DNA of 40,696 nt from IMG/VR virus record IMGVR_UViG_2541047870_000003; one strand, given 5' to 3'. Under the pieces are notes generated by a model, which saw only the letters and a list, made by a program, of their open reading frames with translations, did not search any database and was not told the DNA's origin. Made by a program: the position numbers and the translations under genes. Numbering within the stretch: the first letter of the stretch is position 1; every line of letters starts with the position of its first letter. Origin of the DNA: a virus (taxonomy: Duplodnaviria > Heunggongvirae > Uroviricota > Caudoviricetes). Shown here one piece after another: positions 1 to 9,983 of this stretch.

Positions 1-1236
1 CTACGATAACCGCGCATTCAACATGGCTATCTGTTCGTCGTTCATGTCATCAATCCACATACCGTAAATTTCATACACCATCTGCGCAGTTTCATGCCCC
101 ATCTGGCTGGCTATAAATGCCGGGTTCGCTCCTGCCGTCAACAGCCAGCAGGCAAAAGTATGCCGCGTATGGTACGGATTACGGCGGCGAATACCAGCAC
201 GTTTTACTGCTGCATTCCACCTTGCCCCCAAACTGCTTACCGAGTAATAAGGTTTTTGTTTTCCGTTACACACCCTGGGCATGAAAACAAAATGCAGTTT
301 TTGCTTTTCGGTTCTGCCGTACTCCCGATGATAAAAGGTGATTTCGCTTTTGCGATGATGCCCGGTCAGTTTGTATTGCTCCTTCAGTGCTTCAAGAGCA
401 GGCTGCAGTAGTGTTACTGTTCGGATCCCGGCATTTGTTTTTGGGGGACCGAACATATCAAGTATCGTCAGGTTTCTTCTGACATTCACTATTCCCTTTT
501 CGAGATCCACATCCTCCCACGCCAGAGCTGCCAGTTCCCCGTGACGAAGTCCTGAGTAAACGGCAAATTTCCACAAGTTCTGGCTCTGTCCTTTTTCACT
601 TTCCATTAATGCATTGAATTCTGTTTTAGATAACGGATCAGGCTTTATTCTGTTTCGCTGTAATTTTTTTACTCCTTCAAATGGTTTGGTTGATATAAAT
701 CCCGACTGATACGCAAAACGCAACAGCGAACAGAGCAGGGCGATATAGTTATCAACTGTGCGCACGGTTCTTCCTTTTTTGTTGGATCTTGGATTATCCA
801 GGTAAAGCGTTTCTCCATGCAGCAGTTCATTCCGGTAGTTTAAGATATCGCTATAACGAATATGTGATATCGGGGTACTTTCACAAATTATTATTCTGAG
901 TGTTTTTAATTGTGATTTCGTTTTCTTCATTGTGTTTGTTGTTAACTCTGTCTCTTTAATTTTTGTCCAGATATCACAAAGCTCTCCGAACGTTTTTATG
1001 ACTCTCGTTGTCACCATTTTTGCCCCAGTGCTGGACTGGGGAAAACGTCTTAAATACTCAAATTCACCGGAGTTTATTTCATGAACTATCAGCGCTCTTA
1101 AATTTCCGGCCTTTTTAATATTACTGTTTGTAATCTCCCAGCCTTTTAATGTTTCCCGACATCGTTTTCCTCGAAACATGAACCAGATGCGAATGTATCT
1201 ACCTCTAATCTCGACACCTGTTGGTAATTTAGACAT
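1..1236 (-). CDS. intR: Tyrosine integrase (Rac IntR-like), complete 411 aa; stop codon is at window positions 1-3
   Basis: Full-length ORF in supplied track; N-terminus MSKLPTGVEIRGRY and length match my recollection of Rac IntR; position at prophage left end next to xis. Not verified by search. Confidence 0.88.
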   Translation of the reverse strand: MSKLPTGVEIRGRYIRIWFMFRGKRCRETLKGWEITNSNIKKAGNLRALIVHEINSGEFEYLRRFPQSSTGAKMVTTRVIKTFGELCDIWTKIKETELTTNTMKKTKSQLKTLRIIICESTPISHIRYSDILNYRNELLHGETLYLDNPRSNKKGRTVRTVDNYIALLCSLLRFAYQSGFISTKPFEGVKKLQRNRIKPDPLSKTEFNALMESEKGQSQNLWKFAVYSGLRHGELAALAWEDVDLEKGIVNVRRNLTILDMFGPPKTNAGIRTVTLLQPALEALKEQYKLTGHHRKSEITFYHREYGRTEKQKLHFVFMPRVCNGKQKPYYSVSSLGARWNAAVKRAGIRRRNPYHTRHTFACWLLTAGANPAFIASQMGHETAQMVYEIYGMWIDDMNDEQIAMLNARLS

Positions 1237-1237
1237 A

Positions 1238-1453
1238 TCATGAGTCTTTGATAAACTGATTTATCTTTGGATAGTTGTACCAGATAATCCCTCGTTTGCT
1301 GTCTGGCTTACCTAAAGGAGATACTCGTTTGAAGTGGAAGCCCTCCACCCAACAGTTCTGGCGGTATGCTTCAATTTGTCTGGCCCCCAGACCAGTGCGA
1401 AGCATCAGGCCGTATTCAACCATCCACTCTTCATTAAAGATTACTTGTGCCAT
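1238..1453 (-). CDS. xisR: Excisionase (YdaQ/Xis-like), about 71 aa from internal Met [10 protein letters not shown]
   Basis: Small ORF immediately upstream of int on same strand; 2-nt gap to int start; sequence recalled as Rac excisionase. Start chosen at internal Met; ORF track gives 1238-1477. Confidence 0.7.
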   Translation of the reverse strand: MAQVIFNEEWMVEYGLMLRTGLGARQIEAYRQNCWVEGFHFKRVSPLGKPDSKRGIIWYNYPKINQFIKDS

Positions 1454-1531
1454 CGCATCACCTCTGGCAGGCGCCAATGTTAGACTGAAATTGACGCCCG
1501 ATGTTGATTATTAATAATCAGCTATGAAGTT

Positions 1532-1741
1532 TTAATTTGAATACAATGCAATTCTCGAGGACTGAAGTTTCTCGCAATTAAAATTTATCAGTTTTACTTT
1601 CTGCTCTCTGGAAACGCCTGCTTCTTTTTTACCTGAGAGCATTTTTTCGCATTCTGATTTCGTTAGTTTAGATTTTGAATATCTTGTCCAGTTAGTAGGA
1701 GTGCCACCTTCCTTTTCAATAGTGGCGGTAATTTTATACAT
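1532..1741 (-). CDS. ydaC: Small Rac-type early protein (YdaC-like), about 69 aa from MYKITATIEKEGG
   Basis: ORF in track (1532-1813); internal start chosen to avoid long overlap with next gene; recalled similarity to Rac YdaC. Function unknown. Confidence 0.55.
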   Translation of the reverse strand: MYKITATIEKEGGTPTNWTRYSKSKLTKSECEKMLSGKKEAGVSREQKVKLINFNCEKLQSSRIALYSN

Positions 1742-1928
1742 GAACACCTCCATTATTATTTCCAGTGGTTCGTTTATTCCATCTTTCGAGTGCTTCTTTT
1801 TCACTTCCACCATAACCGGTTCGGGATTCGCATCCGTTACACTTCGCTCGGTAATATCCTGAAATGGCTTTCACCGTTACTGATGGACAACCACAAAATG
1901 GACATGGTTTAACATTGTCATATCTCAT
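1734..1928 (-). CDS. ralR: Restriction alleviation protein Lar/RalR-like, 64 aa from MRYDNVKPCPFCG; Cys-rich zinc-finger-like CPFCGC...CNGC
   Basis: Translation contains two CxxC pairs; matches my memory of Rac RalR (Lar). Start at internal Met of track ORF 1734-1967. Confidence 0.7.
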   Translation of the reverse strand: MRYDNVKPCPFCGCPSVTVKAISGYYRAKCNGCESRTGYGGSEKEALERWNKRTTGNNNGGVHV

Positions 1929-1984
1929 AATTTTTCTCATAAAAAATATTTCAAGTTGGCGGTGCATTACACCGCCAGGCTGAA

Positions 1985-2794
1985 TTATTCCTCTGAATTA
2001 TCGATTACACTGTATTCCCCGGTTAATACAGAGGAATCTGCAGGATCGATTGTCAGTGGTTCCTTTTCATCCATTGATACTGCACGCTGGATCTCAATTG
2101 ATACGGGCAGATATTTGAACAGGCGACGAATAGCCGTTTTCTTTGCCATTTCTTCCCAGTGAGTTACCCACGGCCCGTTATTACCAGCTTTACTCAGGCT
2201 GCGCACCAGCTCAATCTGTTTGCGCGTCATAACTTCAAACTGAGTACCTCCGTCTTTCAGTCTTGCGACAGCATAGACGTGGGTAACCGGGGCATCTTCG
2301 TTTTCTCCCGGGCGGTGTATTAACTTTTCATCAAGGCCAAATTCGAAGCTAAACTCGTCACCTTCACGGACAACACGGGCTGACAGGCTGGCGATTTGAC
2401 CAGAACGGCGAGCCAGATCAATCATGCCGCGATAGCCAATGATTAGCTGAACGTTCTTTTTACCGCTCTTTTCGTTTTTATTACCAAAAGGCAGTAAATA
2501 TGCATGACCGAGGGCGCTACCTGGCTCAAGTCCGAGCTGTGAACACTGTACGATCGCACTGACAAAACTCATAGTGTCACAGTTTCCTAACGCCGGAACT
2601 TTACGAATTTCTGTGGTGGCGATACGGATCATACGTTCAGCCGTCATATGGCGTGGAAGAGCTGCTGCCAGTTGCTCTTTCATTGATGGCTGGTTAATAA
2701 AACTAATCACGTCGCTATTTTTAACTGCTGCTGGTGCACGGTTTCCCTGAGTTTTTTGCAGATCGGCTTTTGCGATTGGTGGTTGCTTAGTCAT
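1985..2794 (-). CDS. recT: RecT single-strand annealing recombinase, 269 aa from [13 protein letters not shown]
   Basis: Translation recognised as RecT; 8-nt overlap with recE stop (operon coupling). Track ORF extends to 2851; internal Met preferred. Confidence 0.88.
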   Translation of the reverse strand: MTKQPPIAKADLQKTQGNRAPAAVKNSDVISFINQPSMKEQLAAALPRHMTAERMIRIATTEIRKVPALGNCDTMSFVSAIVQCSQLGLEPGSALGHAYLLPFGNKNEKSGKKNVQLIIGYRGMIDLARRSGQIASLSARVVREGDEFSFEFGLDEKLIHRPGENEDAPVTHVYAVARLKDGGTQFEVMTRKQIELVRSLSKAGNNGPWVTHWEEMAKKTAIRRLFKYLPVSIEIQRAVSMDEKEPLTIDPADSSVLTGEYSVIDNSEE

Positions 2795-5387
2795 TTGCAT
2801 ATTCCTTAGCCCAGCGGGGCAGTGATAATGTCTTAATAGCTGGCCATTCATCGGTATTCAGGCAGTCAGACAGGGTTCGCAGATTGCGGTGATATTCCTG
2901 TTGACCTGCCAGTTTTGCTTCTTCGCCCATCATGAAAATTTCAACCGGATAACGTCCGCATTCAATAGTTGTGCTGGCAACCAGAAAAACGAAAGTTGGC
3001 TGCACTCCAAACTGTGCTTCATAACCGTCACTGTAGAATGCATCCTGAACGTGATAGCGGTAGTCGTAATAAGCGGTTTTGAATCGTTGAATATCCGCCG
3101 TAGTTTTCACGTCCATGATCCAGTGAAATTCAGGGATAATTTTGTCCGGACGGCACCGACACAAAATTCCTGTTTCAGGATCTTCCCAGTAAATTGATGA
3201 TTCAGCGTGTCCGGCGCTTTCAACAAGCCATTGCCCCAGCGGCAAAGCCATAACGCTCTGATACATGAGTTCAATTTTCCGGCCTTCTTCGGCAGTGATA
3301 ACCGTTTTTCCTGTGCTTGCGCATTCCCTCAGAAACGCTTTCTCTTCTTCTTTTCCGGAGTTTGTCCGGCGGTTAAATTCAGGTGCTACGATAAAGCGGT
3401 TACTGAATTCTTCCGGCTCAAGTACCCGGCAGTGGAAAGCGGTTCCTAAATCGAGCGTTTTTGTCTTTGTGGTGTCCACGGGGGCATTTTTACGCCACAA
3501 ATATAGTGCCGGAGTATCAGCAATGTCATCGAGCTGAGACTTACTGATACCGGGACCCGCGTGGTAATTCTCATTCGAAATTCCGTAATAAATACCTGGC
3601 TCTATGTCTTCTACGATTACGGGATCTGCGACTTCGCCAGTTTCATCACTGCAATCGCGATGCGGATCGCTGCCAGCATTCTCATTGTGCGGATGTTCAG
3701 CGCCTTCCATTTCCTCCGGATCATTTTCCTTAGCTTCAACCTGACTCTCTTCATCGAATGTTTCCTGGTATGTTGCGTCGCCCATCACCGCACCACAGTC
3801 AGGGCAGTTATCCCCGCCAGTCTGGCCGCAGGCATTGCAGGCTATTTCCGGTTCCTGTTGCACTACTGGCTCAGGTTGATTCATATCCGGGCTGGTTTTT
3901 TCCGTTTCTGGCTGGTTCTGGTACACACAATCGCGAGTCTGGATCCCCTTTACCCATTTCGGATCGTTCGGGTCGCTAATTCCGTCAACAAATTCACCAC
4001 GTGATGCAGCAAGCAATTTATCGGCATCGACAGGATTTTTTGATGGAATGTTTTTCCGGGCTTCATGGAGTTCTGCCCACAGTTCCTGATATTTCGCATC
4101 AACAGAATTTACCTGTGACTGAGCATCCAGCGGCTGCGTGTCCTGATGATGTTCAGTTGCGTCCGGTTCCATTGTTTCAGCCTCTCCCTGTTCAACTGCC
4201 GTTGTTCCAGATGGTTGCGGTTTTTCTTCATCATCCTGTTTTCCTTCTTCTGTTACTCGCTGCGGCATCGGGGCAGAGGAGCGACCGCAGGCAATATCCA
4301 CGATTTCCGGATCAGGGTTGGCATGATCGGTTTCAGTCAGTACTTTGTTCAGATATTCAGTGACGTGCGCGGGGATGACCTCGATCCCAATTGGTGCTTC
4401 TTTTACGGACGCAACCACGATGGCGCGGGAATAATCCAGCCCGCCAGGCATGGTGATGAATTTGTCGCGGAAAACAGAAAAGGGCGGTTTATTTTCAGCG
4501 ATAATTTCCTCAATGCGTTTAGCGTGTGCCGGATGAAGGTTATAGATGTCCAGATCCATTGAACGGGCCAGTACGCCAGTGGCTACGTCGCGCGCCAGTG
4601 ACGTCAGATCGTGTACGAAACCTTCGCCGCGATCGGTGAGGTTTCCGCCGCCAGCATTAGCACCGGAAGCCGTGCGAGTGATGTGTGAAACACGATTACC
4701 CTTCATCCACTCTTTTGTCAGCAGTCCTCGATCGGTGTAGTCAGCGTTCAGGTATGCTTCGAAAAAAGCAGTTATCAGTCCCAGGTTTGAATTACCAGGA
4801 TTAGGGAAAACTTTGTCAGTGTCACGAACCAGTTTGTGGAGTTCGCGAATTTCCAGCGGGTCGAGCAGGCTGGTTTTGTGGGAAACAGCCAGGGCAGTAA
4901 CAGCCGGTAGTTCTTCAGCCCGAGCAATGTGTAATGCCTGGAGTCCGTCGCGTGAAACGTGCGTTACCGGTTTTTCGCTGCCGTGTTGAGCAAGCCAACG
5001 AATGGGCAGTTCCTGGCCAGAAATTGGGAGTAGCATATTCTCCTCAATCTCAGTCATGTCTTCGCCGTTGACGTTGGTATTGCCTTGATAGTGAGCGTTG
5101 TCTGGTGCTGCTCCCGGTTTTAGTTCCCATGTCATGGAGTCTTTGCTGAGTTGATAGCGTTCACTCCAGGTAAAATCGATCTCACCTTCAGCGGGCAGGT
5201 CATTAACGACAGGAAAATTCGTGGCAACAGCTTTAAAATAGCTGCTCAGTTTTTTACCTGACTTAACGATCAGGTAGTCCAGAGTGGCACAGGTCGATTC
5301 AAAATCGTTGCTTGCCCACAGGACGACGTCAGGTTCACCGGATGATTTTTTCGCTTTCCGTAACAGGAAGAGTGGTTTTGTGCTCAT
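2787..5387 (-). CDS. recE: Exodeoxyribonuclease VIII (RecE), 866 aa
   Basis: 866-aa ORF directly upstream of recT on same strand; length and acidic linker with Cys cluster ([16 protein letters not shown]) consistent with RecE as I recall it. Confidence 0.85.
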   Translation of the reverse strand: MSTKPLFLLRKAKKSSGEPDVVLWASNDFESTCATLDYLIVKSGKKLSSYFKAVATNFPVVNDLPAEGEIDFTWSERYQLSKDSMTWELKPGAAPDNAHYQGNTNVNGEDMTEIEENMLLPISGQELPIRWLAQHGSEKPVTHVSRDGLQALHIARAEELPAVTALAVSHKTSLLDPLEIRELHKLVRDTDKVFPNPGNSNLGLITAFFEAYLNADYTDRGLLTKEWMKGNRVSHITRTASGANAGGGNLTDRGEGFVHDLTSLARDVATGVLARSMDLDIYNLHPAHAKRIEEIIAENKPPFSVFRDKFITMPGGLDYSRAIVVASVKEAPIGIEVIPAHVTEYLNKVLTETDHANPDPEIVDIACGRSSAPMPQRVTEEGKQDDEEKPQPSGTTAVEQGEAETMEPDATEHHQDTQPLDAQSQVNSVDAKYQELWAELHEARKNIPSKNPVDADKLLAASRGEFVDGISDPNDPKWVKGIQTRDCVYQNQPETEKTSPDMNQPEPVVQQEPEIACNACGQTGGDNCPDCGAVMGDATYQETFDEESQVEAKENDPEEMEGAEHPHNENAGSDPHRDCSDETGEVADPVIVEDIEPGIYYGISNENYHAGPGISKSQLDDIADTPALYLWRKNAPVDTTKTKTLDLGTAFHCRVLEPEEFSNRFIVAPEFNRRTNSGKEEEKAFLRECASTGKTVITAEEGRKIELMYQSVMALPLGQWLVESAGHAESSIYWEDPETGILCRCRPDKIIPEFHWIMDVKTTADIQRFKTAYYDYRYHVQDAFYSDGYEAQFGVQPTFVFLVASTTIECGRYPVEIFMMGEEAKLAGQQEYHRNLRTLSDCLNTDEWPAIKTLSLPRWAKEYAND

Positions 5388-5488
5388 TGTTTTTTAACCT
5401 CAACTCAGATTAAAATTCGTTTTGTTCAGTGAATGATCTTGCCGGATACACACTGTTCATAGCCTGCGCCATACGCAGGCTATTTCTT

Positions 5489-5764
5489 TCAGATTTCACC
5501 TTTTAATTTCATTGCAATTAGAGTTGCCAGAAATTCGGCTTTTTTTTCTGCGGGCAGATTCTTTCCGATATGCACCAGGCACATTTTTTTGACACCTTCA
5601 TCAAGTGTTTTTACGTTGCCTGATGGACCATCGATATCAACCACAGTGAATGGGGTTTCTTTATTTTCTGTTTTAATTACGTAGCCAATGCGCTTTCCTT
5701 CCAGATTCACCTCGTGAACAATGTCATCGGTAGTTACAACAGTGGCTTCATAATTGGTAATCAT
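5489..5764 (-). CDS. racC: RacC-like small early protein, about 91 aa from MITNYEATVV
   Basis: Track ORF 5489-5812; internal Met gives protein matching recalled RacC. Function unknown. Confidence 0.55.
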   Translation of the reverse strand: MITNYEATVVTTDDIVHEVNLEGKRIGYVIKTENKETPFTVVDIDGPSGNVKTLDEGVKKMCLVHIGKNLPAEKKAEFLATLIAMKLKGEI

Positions 5765-5838
5765 GTTTTTCTCCTTAATTAAGGTTGAGCGAATACCTGC
5801 CATTTCTGGCATAAATTCAGTTTCGAATAGTCAATTAA

Positions 5839-6009
5839 TTAAAGTTCATGTGCCATCTGGTCTTTTTCGGCACAAGCTTCACTGCAATATTTTCTCGGTT
5901 CGTCTTTTGATAAAATCCCGTGCATGAAGTGAAGCATTCTTTCAATAGCTTTGCTTTCTTCAACGTCTTTTTTGCAAAGGTGGTAAGCACATTTTATTTT
6001 CTTAGTCAT
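5839..6009 (-). CDS. ydaE: YdaE-like small Cys-rich protein, 56 aa ([14 protein letters not shown]...)
   Basis: Not in ORF track (below its length cutoff); I translated the minus strand by hand. Start ATG overlaps kilR stop (ATGA-type coupling at 6007-6011). Confidence 0.55.
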   Translation of the reverse strand: MTKKIKCAYHLCKKDVEESKAIERMLHFMHGILSKDEPRKYCSEACAEKDQMAHEL

Positions 6010-6230
6010 CACCATGACTCCGCCTTTACAGGTAAACCATCACGACCGAGGAAGACTTTAATCATGCGGTCAGTAATGCATGTTTTTGTGGTCAGGTTAC
6101 GAATATATAGTTTTCGCTTTTTAATATTGTTTGCCGAGGCAATATATGTCCGGCCTTCATGAAGAACATAATCGCCAGGAGTCACACACTGACGTGGTAT
6201 TTCATCAGTTCCGAAGTGATGTGCAATCAT
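6009..6230 (-). CDS. kilR: KilR-like host-killing protein (cell division inhibitor), 73 aa from [12 protein letters not shown]
   Basis: Track ORF 6009-6242; internal Met gives sequence recalled as Rac KilR. Confidence 0.7.
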   Translation of the reverse strand: MIAHHFGTDEIPRQCVTPGDYVLHEGRTYIASANNIKKRKLYIRNLTTKTCITDRMIKVFLGRDGLPVKAESW

Positions 6231-6671
6231 AATTATCTCCATTTTTACAAATGAACTTTGTTGATGCGGTGCCTGGTGCCTCCAGGTGACTGCAACCAGT
6301 TAACAATTACAGTCGGCTTTCCCACCCAAACCAATAAGGACTAACATGACTTTTAACTGTGCCACGTGCGCTTAGCCGCATTCACCGCATCACAAAATTC
6401 ACTTTAAAAAGGGCGGACATCAGCCGAACTTCAAGAAAAAAACTGATGCCGCCAGGACTACACACAGCAATGTCGTTATTTACAACCGGAGGCGCACTCC
6501 CACCATTTAAATTTAACAGACAAGACCGACTCTTTATGGATATCGGAAATGCGCCTTCGTGTTGTGCCCGGTTTTATTTCACCACCTCCGGGCTTCGGTG
6601 GTCTCGGCTATACCCCTACAGCGAGAGCTTGTGTTAACATTTCAATACCCTTACAGTTGAGAGTTATTGAT

Positions 6672-7160
6672 ATGTTGGATGTATTTACTCCATTGTTGAA
6701 ACTTTTTGCTAACGAGCCACTCGAAATACTTATGTATACGATTATCATTTTTGGTCTCACTCTCTGGCTGATACCGAAAGAGTTTACTGTCGCATTCAAT
6801 GCTTATACTGAAATACCTTGGCTCTTTCAGATTATCGTTTTTGCCTTTTCTTTCGTGGTCGCCATTTCCTTCTCAAGATTGCGAGCACATATTCAAAAGC
6901 ATTATTCATTACTACCAGAGCAACGAGTATTGCTTCGTTTATCTGAGAAAGAAATCGCTGTATTTAAAGATTTCCTTAAAACAGGAAATCTTATTATCAC
7001 TTCTCCTTGCCGTAACCCGGTTATGAAAAAATTAGAACGGAAGGGCATCATTCAACATCAGAGTGATAGCGCAAACTGTTCTTATTATCTCGTCACCGAA
7101 AAATACTCCCATTTTATGAAGTTATTCTGGAACAGCAGGAGTAGACGTTTTAATCGTTAG
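6672..7160 (+). CDS. sieB: Superinfection exclusion protein SieB-like, 162 aa from MLDVFTPLLKLF; hydrophobic N-terminal segments
   Basis: In-frame internal ATG of track ORF 6549-7160; two hydrophobic stretches (IIIFGLTLWLI, IIVFAFSFVVAI) visible; recalled as Rac SieB. Confidence 0.75.
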   Translation: MLDVFTPLLKLFANEPLEILMYTIIIFGLTLWLIPKEFTVAFNAYTEIPWLFQIIVFAFSFVVAISFSRLRAHIQKHYSLLPEQRVLLRLSEKEIAVFKDFLKTGNLIITSPCRNPVMKKLERKGIIQHQSDSANCSYYLVTEKYSHFMKLFWNSRSRRFNR

Positions 7161-7312
7161 CTTACTGTGTGCTTCTCCAACCATCGGCGCGCACCAGTTT
7201 CGGTTTTAAATGTTTTGCTTTTGGTATACGTCATGGCAGTGAACGTTCCATCCTGGTTGGGGAACACGCCGCACACCAGGGATTCGTTGTTGCCGAGGTC
7301 GATTTTTTGCAT
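7157..7312 (-). CDS. ydaF: YdaF-like small protein, 51 aa (MQKIDLGNNESLVCG...)
   Basis: Hand translation of minus strand; below ORF-track cutoff; first gene of leftward early operon. Confidence 0.5.
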   Translation of the reverse strand: MQKIDLGNNESLVCGVFPNQDGTFTAMTYTKSKTFKTETGARRWLEKHTVS

Positions 7313-7322
7313 TTTGCGAATC

Positions 7323-7457
7323 TCACATCTTGTTGCTACGTATAGCGACTTCTGCCTGCCAGAGATCCCAGTCGTTGCTGCGTAAAGCCTGCACAGCCTG
7401 GTTGTAAGTGATACCGCAACAATCCATCAAATACTGAACTACTTCGTAATGCACCAT
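7323..7457 (-). CDS. ydaG: YdaG-like small protein, 44 aa (MVHYEVVQYLMDCCG...)
   Basis: Hand translation of minus strand; below ORF-track cutoff. Confidence 0.5.
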   Translation of the reverse strand: MVHYEVVQYLMDCCGITYNQAVQALRSNDWDLWQAEVAIRSNKM

Positions 7458-7629
7458 CTTATCTCTCCCCTTAACGCCGGGTGGCGGAACTAACTGCTGC
7501 ACTGCAAAATTTGAATCCCGCCGTCATGTTCATACGCCTCGGGCTGGCTACTTAACCCCTTACCACTGCCTGGTAACTCGAAGTATTGCCCGGCGTTCTG
7601 TGGGGCGGGGTGGGTGGTATGCTGGAACT

Positions 7630-7675
7630 ATAGGTAATGCCTAATTGATTGTCAATAGGCTATGCCTAATGTTTT
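7630..7675. promoter_or_regulatory. Left operator-like cluster (OL analogue): repeated TGCCTAAT motifs and ATTGTCAATAGGCT, inverted relative to the copy right of racR
   Basis: Seen directly: atgcctaat occurs twice and attgtcaataggct is the reverse complement of agcctattgacaat at 8298-8311. Confidence 0.4.
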
Positions 7676-7765
7676 GAGCGTAACCTAATAGGTGATGGCG
7701 ACAGCAGAAAGTGATGGGGGGGTTAAATAACGGAATCCAGGAGTTTTCCGTCAGACCATATAAGT

Positions 7766-8242
7766 TTAAGTTCCAGTTTTTGTGATGTTCTGGCTTTTCC
7801 GTTCAGATTCTAGAGCTTTCAGATACTTACCCACTTTCATTTCCATCGCTGCTATGTAGGCGCGAACATCGTGGTCAACCCAATCTGGTTCTGTAGCATT
7901 TCCAGATAACAGGAAAGCTACAATCGCTCTTATTTCATCAGAGGCTGCTTGATAAAGGTTGTTTATATCTAAAAGTTCACTTTTTGTATCTGAATTGGTG
8001 GGGGTTGGTATGGGGTATTCGTTAAGCCCCCAATGCTCTGGACCAACAACATCAGAAAAGAAACGCCATAATTCTGGAAGTTTATCTTTACTTATAGAGC
8101 CTTTCTTAATCCAGTCATAAATTGATGGTGGTTGGACTTTGAAGTGGCGTGCGACCTCCGCCTTTGATTTGACGGATCCCGATGCGATTTTTTTGTTAAT
8201 GGCCTGCTCTATCGCTCGGCCTAAGTCTTTACCACTAAGCAT
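7766..8242 (-). CDS. racR: Prophage repressor RacR-like, 158 aa
   Basis: ORF divergent from the ydaS/ydaT pair; translation recalled as RacR; operator-like repeats on both sides. Confidence 0.8.
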   Translation of the reverse strand: MLSGKDLGRAIEQAINKKIASGSVKSKAEVARHFKVQPPSIYDWIKKGSISKDKLPELWRFFSDVVGPEHWGLNEYPIPTPTNSDTKSELLDINNLYQAASDEIRAIVAFLLSGNATEPDWVDHDVRAYIAAMEMKVGKYLKALESERKSQNITKTGT

Positions 8243-8261
8243 TGCTTAATATTCTCCTATG

Positions 8262-8335
8262 CGCATTACATTAGGCAATCCCTATCCTTACCGCATTAGG
8301 CACAGCCTATTGACAATTGCGTTAGGCGTCGCCTA
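8262..8335. promoter_or_regulatory. Divergent promoter/operator region (OR analogue) between racR and ydaS: CATTAGGCA x2 plus 7-N-7 palindrome TTAGGCG-t-CGCCTAA
   Basis: Seen directly in the 123-bp racR-ydaS intergenic region; perfect 7-bp inverted arms at 8322-8336. Confidence 0.5.
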
Positions 8336-8365
8336 ATATTTCTGTGTGTTTTTGGAGTTCATTCG

Positions 8366-8662
8366 ATGAAAAAAGAGAACTATTCATTCAAGCAAGCTTG
8401 TGCTGTTGTCGGTGGGCAATCAGCAATGGCTAGGCTTTTAGGTGTATCACCTCCAAGCGTAAATCAATGGATCAAAGGGGTACGTCAATTGCCTGCCGAG
8501 AGATGTCCAGCAATTGAACGTGCAACAAGAGGTGAGGTTCTGTGCGAAGAACTTCGTCCTGATATTGACTGGTCATATTTACGACGTTCGGCATGTTGTT
8601 CGCAGAATATGTCAGTGAAGCAACTAAATGACAGTAACAAATCCTCATTTGATCATACCTGA
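8366..8662 (+). CDS. ydaS: Cro-like HTH regulator YdaS, 98 aa
   Basis: Divergent from repressor; HTH-like segment GQSAMARLLGVSPPSVNQWIKG; recalled as Rac YdaS. Confidence 0.8.
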   Translation: MKKENYSFKQACAVVGGQSAMARLLGVSPPSVNQWIKGVRQLPAERCPAIERATRGEVLCEELRPDIDWSYLRRSACCSQNMSVKQLNDSNKSSFDHT

Positions 8663-8684
8663 AACATCAAGAGGCAAATGATTC

Positions 8685-9107
8685 ATGAAAATCAAGCATG
8701 AGCACATCGAATCAGTGTTGTTTGCCCTAGCAGCCGAAAAAGGGCAGGCATGGGTAGCCAATGCAATTACTGAAGAATATCTGCGCCAGGGGGGCGGCGA
8801 ATTGCCCCTGGTTCCAGGCAAGGACTGGAACAATCAGCAGAATATCTATCACCGTTGGTTGAAAGGTGAAACGAAAACGCAAAGAGAAAAAATTCAGAAG
8901 CTGATCCCAGCAATTCTGGCAATCCTTCCGCGCGAGCTGCGTCACCGACTCTGCATCTTCGATACCCTGGAACGCCGTGCATTACTGGCGGCGCAGGAAG
9001 CGTTAAGTACGGCAATTGATGCGCATGATGATGCAGTCCAAGCCGTTTACCGGAAAGCGCATTTCAGCGGCGGCGGTTCTTCCGACGATTCTGTCATTGT
9101 TCATTAA
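8685..9107 (+). CDS. ydaT: YdaT-like protein (reported toxic when derepressed), 140 aa
   Basis: Second gene of rightward early operon; recalled as Rac YdaT. Confidence 0.75.
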   Translation: MKIKHEHIESVLFALAAEKGQAWVANAITEEYLRQGGGELPLVPGKDWNNQQNIYHRWLKGETKTQREKIQKLIPAILAILPRELRHRLCIFDTLERRALLAAQEALSTAIDAHDDAVQAVYRKAHFSGGGSSDDSVIVH

Positions 9108-9119
9108 GCAAAAGTTTCC

Positions 9120-9977
9120 ATGCTGTTTGTGCTTATTCTAAGCCACCGGGCAGCATCATACGGGGCAATTATGGCCGCATTACCATACATGCAACTGTAC
9201 ATAGCTGATTACCTGGCTGACACCATGCATTTGTCAGCAGAGGAGCATGGTGCGTATTTGTTGCTGATGTTCAATTACTGGCAAACAGGAAAGCCAATAC
9301 CTAAAAACAGGCTGGCAAAAATTGCCCGTCTGACTAACGAGCGATGGGCTGATGTTGAACCATCCTTGCAGGAGTTTTTTTGCGATAACGGCGAGGAATG
9401 GGTGCATCTTCGGATTGAGGAAGATCTGGCATCAGTCAGGGAAAAATTAACCAAAAAATCAGCCGCAGGAAAAGCATCTGTTCAGGCCAGAAGAAGCAGA
9501 AAGGAAGCAGATGTTCAAACAAAACAAGAGAGAAATTTAACAGGTGTTCAAACAGATGTTGAAGTGGTGTTTGAACATGATGTCAACACAAAGGCAACTA
9601 ATAAAGATACAGATAAAGATCTAAAAACAGATCCCCCCCTAAATCCCCCCCGGGGGAATCGAGGTGTCAAAAAGTTTGACCCTCTGGATATTGCTTTGCC
9701 GAACTGGATTTCTGTCTCGCTTTGGCGTGAGTGGGTTGAATTTCGCCAGGCATTGCGAAAACCGATTCGAACGGAGCAGGGCGCTAACGGGGCGATACGG
9801 GAGCTGGAAAAATTCCGCCAGCAGGGTTTTTCACCTGAGCAGGTGATTCGACACAGCATCGCCAATGAATACCAGGGCTTGTTCGCGCCGAAAGGTGTTC
9901 GACCTGAGACGTTACTCCGACAGGTTAACACCGTCTCGTTACCGGATAGTGCGATCCCGCCAGGCTTCAGGGGGTAA
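9120..9977 (+). CDS. ydaU: Replication initiation protein YdaU-like (O-like), 285 aa
   Basis: Position upstream of DnaC-like gene; recalled as Rac YdaU. Confidence 0.75.
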   Translation: MLFVLILSHRAASYGAIMAALPYMQLYIADYLADTMHLSAEEHGAYLLLMFNYWQTGKPIPKNRLAKIARLTNERWADVEPSLQEFFCDNGEEWVHLRIEEDLASVREKLTKKSAAGKASVQARRSRKEADVQTKQERNLTGVQTDVEVVFEHDVNTKATNKDTDKDLKTDPPLNPPRGNRGVKKFDPLDIALPNWISVSLWREWVEFRQALRKPIRTEQGANGAIRELEKFRQQGFSPEQVIRHSIANEYQGLFAPKGVRPETLLRQVNTVSLPDSAIPPGFRG

Positions 9978-9983
9978 CTGACC

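Noticed and set aside
94-411. 105-aa plus-strand ORF inside the integrase gene
   Set aside because: Antisense to a confidently identified integrase; no independent support.
2889-4740. Series of plus-strand ORFs (64-147 aa) inside the recE region
   Set aside because: All lie antisense within the long recE reading frame, have no ribosome-binding sites I could see and give low-complexity translations; typical shadow ORFs of a GC-balanced gene.
5450-5490. Hairpin AGCCTGCG/CGCAGGCT between recE and racC as a terminator
   Set aside because: On the transcribed (minus) strand it is not followed by a U-tract; at most an attenuator or processing structure, not supportable as a terminator.
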